Below, piece by piece: positions 26,201 through 37,071 of a stretch of 64,000 nt of DNA. A program made the translations under genes and the position numbers. The notes under the pieces were generated by a model that was given only the letters and a program-made list of their open reading frames with translations, was not told the DNA's origin and made no database searches. The DNA comes from Azolla caroliniana (lineage: Eukaryota; Plantae; Polypodiophyta): assembly GCA_043228905.1 (NCBI GenBank), contig JBHGNT010000015.1:16926001-16990000 (forward strand), written 5' to 3'. Position 1 is the stretch's first letter. Each line of letters opens with the position of its first letter.

Positions 26201-28990
26201 AGACTTTGGGAAGAGCATAAGAAGATTGGAAAGGATGATTCACAAAAAGATTATAGGGTATCATCTCTTGATTCTGCTCAACGTGGTCAATTATTAGGGG
26301 AAACACCTTTACGCCGTCCAAACTTGCTTGTGCCGGAAGATCATGCTCGTTTGCAATCAGCTCTTGCAAGTGCTTTTACAAAATCTGCTTCTGGGGTATG
26401 TATATACTTTCTGGATATTAATGCTATTTCTTGAGAGCCCCTCTGCACTTATGAAGATATGTTTCTGCTTTTTTACCCAGTATTAGAGCGTATAATATTT
26501 GCTGTGTATTTTTCGGTGCAGCCGGAAGATTTATCGCACACTTTGCAGCCGTTTGCCAGTGATCCTGCAAAACAGGCTAGATATGAGCAGTTTTTAAAAG
26601 ACAAATATGAAGGTGGCTTGCGGAATGTACAAGCAGCAGGCAGAAATGGATGGACTGAGTCTGAACGGGCACAGGAAACTCTTGAATTTGAGGCTGCTTG
26701 CCAAAATCTTCAAAGAAGAGATACTATACCAGTTACCGGCAACTCAAATAGTGGTATTGCTTCAAGAAATGTTCAGTCCATAATGAATGACCGTTTTGTT
26801 CCGCAAACTTTTCAGAAGGTGAATAATGTATAGGAAATTTTCGTTGTTTCTGTATGAAGTGGGTATTTTTGTTCAAACTTTAATGTGTTTGTGATAAACC
26901 TTTGCAGGAAGTTCAATTGCCAAAAGTTGTTTTACCTCCAAAATATCCAAAAAGGGAAGAGAATCAATGGAGGCCCACACCGCTTGTTTGCAAGAGGTTC
27001 AATCTATCCGACCCATATTCAGGAAAGGTATATGGTTTCAAATGCATGATGTATGATTTAGCCGCTTTACCTTTCCCTGAATAATTGTCTGAGATATATA
27101 AATGATGTATTTTTATGCATGAATATAGCCGCCTCCACTTCCAAAACCGAGGAGTCGCACAGAAAGCTTTATTTTTCTCACAACTGATACTGGATCGGAA
27201 AACCAGGCTGTGTCTATAGCTACTTCAGTTTCAGAGAAGGAGAGCAATCTCATTGGTGTTGAGAAGGTTGAAGTTGACATTATTGAGAAGCCAGTTGATT
27301 TATACAAGGTAGAATATGGAGCTTGAGAACTAATTTTACATCAATCCTGAATATGCATTCCCAACATGTTTTAACTTCTTTGAATACAGGCTATTTTTTC
27401 AGATGAAGAAGATGAAGGAGATGCTGAAGTTCATGAAACAGTGAGTGAAGATAAATCTGCCCAAGCAGCCCAAGCAGCATTGAATCGATTAGAGGCAGGA
27501 GATTTTCTGGCATCTATTGGGAAAGAGTTAGGGTTGAAGGTTCCACCAGCAACTTTAAATCCAAAAGGAAAAAACAAGGAAACTGTACCTAATGTGAATA
27601 TCACTGAGAGTTCGTCCAAACATCTGGAAAATATCAGATACATGCATTTATCTAGTGGTATTTCTGAGTCAGGTGGAAAGATACCTGTTGGAAAGGTAAT
27701 TGGAATCACTAAAGGAGCTGCACAACGGGATTCATTGTCTAGTAAAGACTCATTGGATATGGAAGAGCAGTTCAATGGTCATTCAAAAATGGCATTTGAG
27801 GAGCCGAAAGACAATGCTATCGCTGTACATGATGAAGCACATGTTATGATGAATTCTAGAGACAAAAGAAAGCATCCATTAAGCTCTGAAGAAAGCACCA
27901 GTCTGGATGACAGTAGTGATGATTCAGAAAGGAGGAAGAAAAGCAGAAAGAAGAGAAAGAAAGATGGACGACACTCAAGAAAGCATAAAGATAGGAATCA
28001 TGATCGTCACAAGTCAAAGAAGGTACGAATGCCATCTCAATATTCTTTACAGCCACTTAATCCATACTTCTTGTTGTCTCTGTGATACATCATGGTCATC
28101 CCATTACAAATGACACGAATCGATCATGTCGATTTTAGTCAATAATGCTTGTCTGCAATCATACAAATTAGTACTCTTGTGGTCAGAAAATATAGAAATT
28201 GAAGTTTAAGTGTTAAACTTGGACAACAACAATGCTTAATTAACAAACCCAGATATCACTAAGGAGTTTAGCATTCGTCAACTATGATGCCACGGCTGAG
28301 ATTGATTTCAGCTACCAACATTAGCTGAATGCATTTCATGTCTGGAGATGAGGCATTATCTGTGTCTTTTGTCCATTTCTTGGTCACTTCTTTCAATGAA
28401 ATGATAAACTTTGTGAAACCTCATGGGTTGTGCTTTACGATACTCAAAAGAAACAAGAGAGACCATGTATAAGGTATACTTTATCTTGTACATCATGGGC
28501 TGATTTTGAGCATTGTTGTGGAAATCTATGGTGCCAACATTCTTGGTTATGTAAGCATGGACAAATTATCATCAATGTTGTGACCAATCATAATTTGTAA
28601 CTATGCTTCATGCAACCCCCTCAGAGTGTGTTATGTACCTCATTCCTCAGGTTGTACTTTTCTTTACATGAGGATTAATAGACTGTTTCATTAGAATGTG
28701 GCAATTTAGTTCGACAGAAGCACTAGTGTGTTGTGGTTGAACAATATATATTCTTGTTTATAATCTAAAAATGACATGTAATCATTTTACACATAATTAT
28801 GTGATTTTCCATTGTGTTAGTTTCCATACTTTCCTGTCATGATACCAAGTTTGTGCTAAAAAAACTAAAAATGGTTAGAACTAATTGTGCATTTTACCAT
28901 TATTTTACGAAGTTTATTGTATTGCAGAGGAGTAGAGATGAAGACCGTCATTCACGCTCACATCACCGGCATGAGAGGAGGAAATCTTAA
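5996..28990 (+). CDS. TGH: G-patch and SURP domain protein TOUGH (GPATCH1 family; miRNA/siRNA biogenesis and splicing-associated), 17 coding exons
   Basis: GT-AG exons: 5996-6124, 8651-8741, 21649-21743, 21828-21931, 22208-22269, 22354-22428, 23061-23218, 23635-23710, 23839-23931, 24849-24926, 25259-25403, 25936-26395, 26522-26818, 26908-27027, 27129-27308, 27390-28022, 28928-28990. Total 2859 nt = 952 aa + TAA, with all intron phases consistent. Motifs: [27 protein letters not shown] (DUF1604), G-patch [83 protein letters not shown], and a basic tail. Confidence 0.93.
6160..7150 (-). mobile_element. 5'-truncated RTE/RTEX-like LINE (copy 1) in TGH intron 1
   Basis: Reverse complement aligns by eye with ~19530-20380 (REERICQ..ESEEH..CHC zinc finger, [14 protein letters not shown], 3' UTR). 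Ends in GGCCTCTTAAAAGACATTAAGATTTCTTTCTTTC, then (TC)n. Confidence 0.85.
6616..7110. repeat. Near-perfect 246-bp tandem duplication inside LINE copy 1
   Basis: GCACCGTCAGTCCTC... starts at 6616 and again at 6862. One substitution seen, and GCA microhomology at the junction. Confidence 0.9.
9706..13494 (-). pseudogene. Disrupted Copia gag-pol (gag, protease, GAG-pre-integrase, integrase, RT, RNase H)
   Basis: [77 protein letters not shown]. Several stops and frameshifts. The integrase C-terminal segment after GKTPQE is missing. Confidence 0.92.
13522..14140 (+). mobile_element. 5'-truncated RTE/RTEX-like LINE (copy 2)
   Basis: Highly similar to ~19770-20380. Begins right after (CT)6 at 13512-13523 and ends in GGCCTCTTAAAAGACTTTAATTTATCTTTCTATCTTTCTTTC, then TCTCT. 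Confidence 0.92.
14594..15667 (+). pseudogene. LINE ORF1: coiled coil followed by an L1-ORF1-like RNA-binding/C-terminal region; one in-frame stop at 14891
   Basis: Long E/K-rich heptad stretch, then [30 protein letters not shown]...[15 protein letters not shown], a pattern typical of ORF1 in APE-type LINEs. Confidence 0.8.
15674..20170 (+). pseudogene. LINE ORF2 (APE endonuclease, RT, C-terminal zinc finger and tail), broken by a MITE, stops, frameshifts and a small deletion near 18222
   Basis: Removing 15700-16556 plus one TSD restores [15 protein letters not shown]. Pieces lie in ORFs 16554-16775, 16797-17642, 17753-18217, 18238-19407 and 19695-20039. Confidence 0.88.
15700..16556. mobile_element. 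Non-autonomous hAT-type DNA transposon (MITE-like), 857 bp
   Basis: Perfect 8-bp TSD CGCATGAC (15692-15699 and 16557-16564). Imperfect TIRs CAAGGTTGTTAGGTAC / GTACGTAAACAACCATG. Many TACGT/AATACG subterminal motifs, an internal (CTT)n tract, and no transposase. Confidence 0.88.
23738..23835. repeat. 49-bp tandem duplication in TGH intron 8, directly before the acceptor
   Basis: TTATTTTTGGGTGAATCA(T/C)TCAATTAGCACTTGTTTTGTGTGAGCTGTA x2, one mismatch. Confidence 0.9.
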
Positions 28991-30092
28991 GGCTTACACA
29001 TTGGGAAGTGTGAGATATTGCATTTAGGAGTTGGATTCATGCACCCTTTTTGTTCTTTTGAATTCAAAGAGCTGGAAAAGCGGATCAAATTTCCTGTGGG
29101 TCCTTTGTTGTGAGGTGTCAACATTAAAACATGTAAAAATCTTTGGTGATAGTCGCGAGGGTTGTCATCGTGGCCTTATAAGAGATCGATATATCTCTGT
29201 TTGTTTGTTGTTGGGGCTACTTTTCGGACATGTATCTTATTATACAACGTTAATGCTTGTCCAGACAAGATTGTGAAACATGTTACTTTATGCTTGACAT
29301 AATCCAGTTGCAATGAAAGGCTAATCCATAACAATCAATCTATTAAAGGGTGGATTCTATGTAAGAAATGTTAAAATACGTTCTTAAGTCTTAGAATTTT
29401 TTCTTTATCATAATTCAATGTGAGTATATGGTAATATTGATTTGTGAAACAAATTCAAATTATAGGATCATGTTAGTGGAAGCATAACAAGACAAGCATA
29501 ACATGATAGGAGTAAAAGCTTACGAGAATGTGAGCGAAGCATAAATCTCTCTATATTTAGAATAGTGGTCTCAATCTATATTTTTGAGATACCCATGTGT
29601 GTCGTCGTCTTGAGATAATGTACGTTGTTTTCTTGGCACCAAAGATTAGTAGCATCAACCTTTTAGAAATGTGAAGCTTCTTGAGATTAGTAGTCAACGT
29701 TTTAAAAGCAAGATCTCATTGAATGTCGCAATTTAAAAGCCAATAGTTCAAGTTAGTATTTTGAAAATGGTGTAACATTTTAGTTCTTCCTCTCTAGAGG
29801 CGTTTGTCATACAAATTGCAAGAAATAAAAAACTTTTGGAATGATCTTGGGAATGTGTCTTATTGTGTTGTTATAATTCGATGAGGTCAAGGCTTTCTGC
29901 ATAGAGACATGTATTAGTTAGAAGAATCAAGGATCATTTGGACAAGTATTCAAGAAAGTGCAAGAAATGCTTGTAGACAACTGCCTCATGATTAAGGCAA
30001 CATACCCATTCTCTTAGATGTTTTGTAAATGAGAGTGTGGCCTATGGACCTTGAAATTATGTGACTAAAGTGATGGATATGCACATTGTTCA

Positions 30093-30418
30093 CCAATCCA
30101 AGCGTTGACTCTTGCAACAAAATAGAGAAGACCACCAAAAGTGCAATTCTCGTCTAGTTGGAAAGTAAAATGTTTAAGATTTGTGAAAGACAACCTGAAG
30201 GCAAGTAATGGTTAAATAATGTAATCCTAATTGTAAAATGCATGGAGAAATTGTCTCGAGAATGATGTTTGCCAATCCAAGCATTGACTCTTGCATCAAA
30301 GTAGAGAAGACCATCAAAAGTAACTCTTGTTTAGTTCGAAAGTAATGTTTAAGATTTGTGAAAGACAACCTAAAGGCAAGTAATGGTTAAATAATGTAAT
30401 CCTCATTGTAAAATGCAT
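30093..30418. repeat. Diverged ~150-bp direct duplication between the TGH and UGD 3' ends
   Basis: CCAATCCAAGC...GTAAAATGCAT at 30093 and again at 30272. Confidence 0.75.
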
Positions 30419-31322
30419 TAAACAATTATATAAAGAATGATGTTGTGAAATGTTGCAACACAAGATTCATACTAATCATTAATCTCGACAAATTCTATAT
30501 GAATACTAATACGGAGATTGTATTTAATGTACCGACTGCCCTTACTTTATACCAAGTCTGAGAAACAGGAATTGGTTTTCGTGGGTATTGGAAGGGTCTA
30601 TACTCTAGGGTTATATGCTAACTCTACTATAAGAAGAATTGTTCACATTTTGTTGTCAATGCAACATAAACTAAATCCACAATTCTTAATTGTTTAATTG
30701 ACTATCAGACTAGGATGATCTAAGGAACTATCATCCAAATACAAGAGAAGATAATGAATTGCATTACATCCTGATGATAGTACAATTGGATCTTTCCATT
30801 AAATTAACTCGCCTCATCTTCATACTTGATAGTAGACAATCTAATCAAAAGATAGTAAAGGACAAATCCCAAAAAACAAGTAGTGAATCATTCACCTTGT
30901 CCAACTCAATTTGATGGGTATCAGATACTCATAAAAAGATTGATTAATTGTATGCATGAACTGATCAACAGAGTTGTTCTCATAGTGATTGCCCACCACA
31001 ATTATTCACGATTTCAATAATATAAGCAATCTGAAGTTCTCACACTATCGTCCTCTACTTAATTTATGTTTTAAATCATATCCTATTGAAAACTAAAGAC
31101 CTTTTTGAACCCAAAATTTCAAGAAAAAGGGAACGAAGCATTGCAAAACAAAAGAATTCACTACATAGAAATGCCAAGAATAGGTGGCGAGAGAGAAAGT
31201 GAGAGAAATACAAACTCTCTTCACCCCTGGACTTTTAATAACAACTCTCAAAAGTTTATGTAAAACGAAGACGGGGCAATGAATGGAATAATGTAAAACC
31301 AAATGAAGCTAGGTCTTGTTTT

Positions 31323-32771
31323 CTAAGAGGGAGGGGCAGCTGGAAGATCCTTAACCCAAGGGTCAAGAGGCTTACCGACTGAATAAACTATAAAACCTAT
31401 TTTCCGAAGCTCGGCAACATTGATCACATTGCGACCATCGAAGATAAATGCAGGTTTCTGCATTCCATCATAGATCTTCTTATAATCTAAACTCTTGAAT
31501 TCATCCCATTCGGTAAGAATACACACCCCATGGGCACCCTTGGTAGCTTCATATGCATCAGAAACAACATTAACTTGCTTAGGTGTGATTGGTCCTGTTG
31601 GTTGCAAATGCTGAGGGTGATCCCAATCAAACTTACTCATCGTGAGATCACGAGTTATCTGATCAACAGTAACCTCAGGATCGTAGATATTAAGGTGAGC
31701 ATTATCACCAAGAAGACCGTGGCATACATCGATAGCCGCTGTCTCTCGAGTATCACCCGTGTCTTTCTTGAATGCAAATCCAAGGACGGCAATCTTCTTC
31801 CCTGAAACAGTGTTAAACATGGAAGAAACCACACGCTTCACGAACCGAGATTTTTGGTAGTCATTAATTTGCACCACTTGTTTCCAATAGTTTGCAACCT
31901 CAGTGAGACCATTGCACTCACAAATGTAGACCAAGTTGAGGATATCTTTCTGGAAGCAAGAGCCACCAAACCCAACACTGGCATTAAGGAAGCGCGGACC
32001 AATTCTAGAGTCTTTTCCAACTGCGTAAGCAACTTCAGACACATCGGCTCCAGTGGATTCACACAAGGCAGACATTGCATTAATTGATGAGATTCTCTGC
32101 GCCAAGATTGCATTGGCTGCAAGCTTAGAGAGCTCAGCCGACCACAAGTTCATGGTGATGATTTGATCATTGGGAACCCAATGAGCATAGACTTCCTTAA
32201 GAGCTTGAATAGCTTTCTGACCTTCAGGAGTCTCTCGGCCACCGATTAGAACACGATCAGGCTTTGCTAGATCCTCCATAGCCGTGCCCTCCGCAAGAAA
32301 CTCGGGGTTAGACAAGATCTGGAAGTTGATACCATTGTTGTTGTGAGTAAGGATCTTCTCTATAGCTTCAGCAGTTTTAACAGGTACAGTGGATTTCTCA
32401 ACAACGATCTTATCAGATTTCGACACATCAGCAATCATGCGAGCAGCACTCTCCCAATAAGTCAAGTCCGCAGCTTTCCCAGCACCCAAGCCCCTTGTTT
32501 TTGTGGGAGTATTGACAGATACAAACACAATTTCTGCCTCAGCAACATGTTTCTCAACATCAGCACTGAAGAAGAGATTCTTTCCTCTACAAGCTTTAAC
32601 TATTTCTTCAAGGCCAGGTTCATAGATAGGGAGCTTATCACTGTTCCAAGCATTGATACGTGGAACTGCGATGTCGACCACGACTACCTCAATGTCGGGA
32701 CACTTCAATGCTATCATGGCCATTGTTGGGCCACCCACATATCCTGCACCAATGCAGCAAATCTTCACCAT
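31323..32771 (-). CDS. UGD: UDP-glucose 6-dehydrogenase (482 aa, single coding exon)
   Basis: [16 protein letters not shown] (NAD-binding GxGxxG), [16 protein letters not shown], catalytic [28 protein letters not shown]. Intact ORF. Confidence 0.98.
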   Translation of the reverse strand: MVKICCIGAGYVGGPTMAMIALKCPDIEVVVVDIAVPRINAWNSDKLPIYEPGLEEIVKACRGKNLFFSADVEKHVAEAEIVFVSVNTPTKTRGLGAGKAADLTYWESAARMIADVSKSDKIVVEKSTVPVKTAEAIEKILTHNNNGINFQILSNPEFLAEGTAMEDLAKPDRVLIGGRETPEGQKAIQALKEVYAHWVPNDQIITMNLWSAELSKLAANAILAQRISSINAMSALCESTGADVSEVAYAVGKDSRIGPRFLNASVGFGGSCFQKDILNLVYICECNGLTEVANYWKQVVQINDYQKSRFVKRVVSSMFNTVSGKKIAVLGFAFKKDTGDTRETAAIDVCHGLLGDNAHLNIYDPEVTVDQITRDLTMSKFDWDHPQHLQPTGPITPKQVNVVSDAYEATKGAHGVCILTEWDEFKSLDYKKIYDGMQKPAFIFDGRNVINVAELRKIGFIVYSVGKPLDPWVKDLPAAPPS

Positions 32772-32797
32772 GGCTGGTTATGCGTAATAATAATATC

Positions 32798-34836
32798 CTG
32801 CAAATTTCAAACCACCAGTTAGAAATGAAAAACATTCACAATGCAATCTTGTACATATATTGATTTAATATGTGCTATATTGCGCAGAAGGAATAGAGCA
32901 GCACTACATCCAGTAAAACCCCTTCACATTATGAGTTAACTCTACAACATAGATGGTTCGATCCAAGCTGTGCTATATCACATAATGAATATGAAAACCG
33001 AGCTTGAATAACGTTAGAGAAATTCCAATAAAATTATTTTGCGATACTGATTTAACTCCCACGCATATGCATTGATTGATAAAGCGCTATCACATAAAAA
33101 CTCCATAGATCTAGTCTTATATCTACAATCCACATTACTGTTTGCTACTATGCAACATAGATAATTTGATCCATGATGTCCAACATCACAGACGGCATAT
33201 TCAGATCTGGCTTGAATAGCATTAGATTCGGTAAAATCAATGCATGTACTGATTTCACTCACTACATGAATGTCTTGATCCACGGTGTAACGTATCACAT
33301 TAAGGCTTATACAAATCTAACTTGACTAGCATTAGATCCAGTAAAATCTCTTCACATCACCGAATGTCCATTGAACGGTAATAGGTCAAGTAAATCTTGG
33401 ATGCTCAGACTATCCTTGAATATTAAGTAAATTGAAATTTTTCCACATTATTGCATGTAGATCGACTAACATTAATTCAAGCTATGTTTAAGTAGCATTA
33501 GATTCACTGAAATCATTTGTAACATCAATTACATCCAATTGTTGCATTAGATCCACTAAGATCACTTCACGTTATAGCTTGGATAGCATTAGACCCATTA
33601 AAATAATAATTCTTATTTCTTTTAGACAGCATTAGATTCGCTAAAATCCATTCACAATACTTCTCGGAGAGTACTACAACTACAAAAATCATTACACATT
33701 ATTGCTCGGATAGCTTACATACACTAAATCACTTTAAATTATTGCTTGGATAGCACTAGATCCATTCAAATCCATTCGCATTCCTTCACAGAAAGAACTA
33801 GATCGACTAAAAATCATAGCACTACATCAACGCAAATCACTTCAGGTTATTGCTTAGATAGCATTAGATCCACTACAATAACTTTGCATTACTCCTAGAT
33901 GAAAGGAAACTATTTTGCCAGATCTACATTATTGCTAGAATAGAATAAGATCTCGTTCAAACACTTAACTTTACATACTAGATCGATTAAAATACCTTCC
34001 CAATATTGCTAGATCTAGTAAAATAGCTTCACTTTAGTGATGGAGTATCAAGAGATCTGTACATTGAACCGCTAGATCAAGTAAAATCCCTTTACACTAT
34101 AGCTTGAGAAGCACTAGAATCAGGAAACCACGTTCAAATCACAGATGAATAGAGCAGAAATAGCTGAGAAATTGTGCATTACAAATGCTAAAATGGTGAA
34201 TCTGTGAGACTTCTATGGAATCTACAGACATGACATTGACGTTAATGGACTCCTCGACTTTGGATCTGTCCTCTTTTTCAACTATTTTGATGAATCAGAC
34301 CTAAGATCTCATTGAGAGAATCAGATCTAACGTTAATGAATCAGTCTCATGTTTTCTTACTAATGTTGAGGAATCAGTCTCGTGTTTTCTTGCTAATGTT
34401 GATGAATCAGATCTAAGATACCTATTTGTTGCTATCTTCCTTGACAGGATTCTATCTTTCTTTGTTTCATACTATTTTGTCTTTCTGTTTATGAGGGAGG
34501 ATTGTCTGGGGATCTCATCACACCAAAGAAGAAGCGCGATCGTTTGATACATTACGCTAGGTTCCTTCTCCTTAGATCTACTATCGGCTCCTATACGCTA
34601 TCATGATAACGGTAGCAGAAAAATGCTGATTAGAAGATTGCAAGAATATGAGAGACAGATCGAAAAGAACAAACAAACAAGAAGGGAAGGAAGGGAAGGA
34701 AGATCAGGTATTGACAGGGAAGAAGATGATGAAGAAGAAGAAACAAAGATCAAAGATTGCGAGAGAGAGAGAGAGAGATACAAAAGGAGTAAGAGGAGAA
34801 ACCAAGATGAAGGAGAGAGAGGGAGAGGGGACATAC
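32798..34836 (-). promoter_or_regulatory. Predicted ~2-kb 5'UTR intron of UGD; the non-coding first exon lies above 34837
   Basis: Acceptor TTTGCAG just upstream of the ATG, and donor CAG|GTATGT at 34837/34836 followed by a CT-rich tract. A 5'UTR intron is typical of plant UGD genes. Three exact TTNGATYTG motifs (33312-33320, 34322-34330, 34408-34416). Confidence 0.65.
32898..34120. repeat. Degenerate ~41-bp minisatellite in the UGD 5'UTR intron
   Basis: Recurring TAGCATTAGATCCACTAAAATCACTTCACATTATTGCTTGGA-like unit, most regular at 33490-33900. Confidence 0.75.
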
Positions 34837-34963
34837 CTGAGAACAGAGGGAGGCGAGGAGGGATGGAATGTCGATGGATTAATGGAGTAGATCTGCGGTA
34901 AAGACGAGCTCTAACTCTGCAGAGACAAAGAACGCGCGACAGAGAGAAAGACAGAGAGAGAAG

Positions 34964-35187
34964 TGTATATATATATATATATATGTATATGTACGTATAC
35001 GCGTTCTCCTTCTTCTTCTTCTTCTTCTTCTTCTTCTTCTTCACAGACACACAACACAAATATATATAAATATATAAATATATAAATAAATAAATAAATA
35101 TAAATATAAATATATTTCTGCTCAAATATTTCCCATCGCTTTTTGTCACGAGATCTCAATGCCCACACACACACACACACACACACA

Positions 35188-35259
<72 letters not shown>

Positions 35260-35275
35260 ACACACACACACACAT
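34964..35275. repeat. Microsatellite cluster in the UGD promoter region: (TA)n, (CTT)n, (CA)n(TC)n
   Basis: Visible directly in the sequence. Confidence 0.95.
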
Positions 35276-35493
35276 GGACCAAATTTGGTCTTCGAAGACA
35301 CTGAATATATATATCTATAATCTTTCGGTCTCTCGAGAGTTTGAGCTCGAGTGGTGGCCCTTCCCCCCCCAGCTATCAACCAATGAGGTTGCAGAAGAAC
35401 AATCGTAGCAGAGTCTCAGTTGCTACCTCGTACCTCCCTCTACTCAGACTCCATCGATGGATCGAGAGAGAGAGAGAGAGAGAGAGAGCAGAT

Positions 35494-35561
35494 GGATGTA
35501 GCTCAGTTGGTAAGGTTGCCCAATGGAGACCAGGTGGTCATGGGTTCAACCCCTACATTCC
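35494..35561 (+). other. tRNA-like / SINE-head-like sequence with Pol III A and B boxes
   Basis: TAGCTCAGTTGGTA (A box) and GGGTTCAACCCC (B box). GGATGTAG/CTACATTCC can pair. No proper anticodon arm. Confidence 0.45.
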
Positions 35562-35843
35562 ACAGTGGCATCTAGTGAATTAAGAGATATATAAGAAGTA
35601 TATAATAGAGAGGTGAGGAAGTTGGGTTTTCGAACCCACAACACAGTGCTTGTAGTGCTAACAACTTACCACTAGGGTAAGGTAATTATGATAAAGAGGG
35701 AGGGAGGGAGTTATTGGCAATTCAACATGATCCACTGCCCCATGTAGTTAGCGGGTGACCATACTCTATTATTACACCCATTGTAAGTAATGTTTTTCAC
35801 ACACGTTTATTAATATAATTGTGTGGTTTCACCAAAGAGAGAG

Positions 35844-36717
35844 AAAGCAAGAAAGATATATTAATGTCTTCTAAGGCCAAATTTGACCCATGAGACAAAT
35901 GGTTTACAACAAAAAATGGGATATTTACCCATTCATCGAGAGTCAAAAATAAATAAAAATAAGATAAAATAGAGTTTAAGCTAAATAGTTCTAGTAAAAT
36001 AATAAACATGTTCTACAATGAAAATGTTATACTAGGCCTAATTTCATTTCCATCCAAGTCTCTCGAAGAGAAGCGAGAGGTTAAAGGGTTGCGATGTGGA
36101 TGTGGCCCGTGATGTCAATGTAAAAGGTTCCCTTATCTTCTTAATCTTTTCTACTCCACGCCGACTTGTTTTGAAACCCAACATCCGAGGGCATTTAGTT
36201 GTTCTTTGCATTTCTGCTTCCTCAAGAGAGAGGCCGAGTGGCATAAGTGTATCCACATACATCGTCTCCTCTTGTTCCTGAAATTTTACACTAGTTACAT
36301 GTTGATGAATAGTAAAAGGGTTATGGTTAACACATTGTAATTTATTCTCCCTATGTTGTTTTAGCTCTAAAATATACCTACCTAGTCTCTTTACACTCGG
36401 GGTATCTAATAGTTTGGAGAGGGTGGGAGAGGGTCCTAATATGTCTTGGTATTCTCCCCGTATCTCGACATAAGTTGGGCACTTGCATGTGAAGTGATGC
36501 TCATCCTCTATCTCTATGTGGCATAACCTACATAGACTTTCCTCTCTAGGGACTCTATTAGCCCGACCATTCTCAATCTCAAGTTGGTGAGATGATATCC
36601 TAAGTTGTCCAATGGCCACCCTTAGTGCATTTGATAAGAATGTATCTAGATATCTTGGTCGTTGAATAAAACCTAACTTAAAGAAGTGCAAGAAATGTTC
36701 CTTATAGTACAACATTT

Positions 36718-36718
<1 letters not shown>
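35844..36718 (-). mobile_element. 5'-truncated RTE/RTEX-like LINE (copy 4, a more distant subfamily)
   Basis: QLRISSHQLEIENGR..VPREESLCRLC..EIEDEHHFTCKC zinc finger and LGRYILELKQHRE. 3' end GGCCTTAGAAGACATTAATATATCTTTCTTGCTTTC then (TC)n. The 5' junction abuts (TC)n(CA)n. Confidence 0.85.
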
Positions 36719-36760
<42 letters not shown>

Positions 36761-36889
36761 TGTGTGTGTGTGTGTGTGTGTGTCACGTGCATTACATTGC
36801 ATGCTTGCACCTTCACTTGACTTTCTGGCCTAGTTTTGCTCCTTGAAGTGATGAGACTCGATCGGACTCGCTCCTCCCGGACTCCTCTC

Positions 36890-37071
36890 GGTTTAGGCTT
36901 GAGCTTCATTAACCGGTTTGAGCTTGGTTTGGGCAGAACCGGTTTACAAACCGATTAAGGCAAAACGGTTTGGTTCAAGTTTGAAAACTTCCAAACCAGT
37001 TAAGGCTTTATCGGTTTGGTTTGGACAAGGCCAAACTGGTTAAGCTGAAACCAAACCATTGTCGATTCCTA
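36890..37071. mobile_element. Probable single end of a hAT-like DNA transposon
   Basis: Dense AACCG/CGGTT subterminal-type motifs ending in CCATTGTCGATTCCTA (reverse complement TAGGAATCGACAATGG, hAT-TIR-like). No partner end or TSD found. Confidence 0.4.

Noticed and set aside
31530-32822. Overlapping antisense and alternate-frame ORFs over UGD (and similar ones over the pol genes)
   Set aside because: Shadow ORFs of real coding sequence.
34601-35379. Several ORFs with poly-K/E/S and (RE)n runs (also 16149-16459)
   Set aside because: They are translations of microsatellites.
35494-35561. Functional tRNA gene
   Set aside because: The anticodon arm does not pair and the spacing is non-canonical. 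Kept only as tRNA-like.
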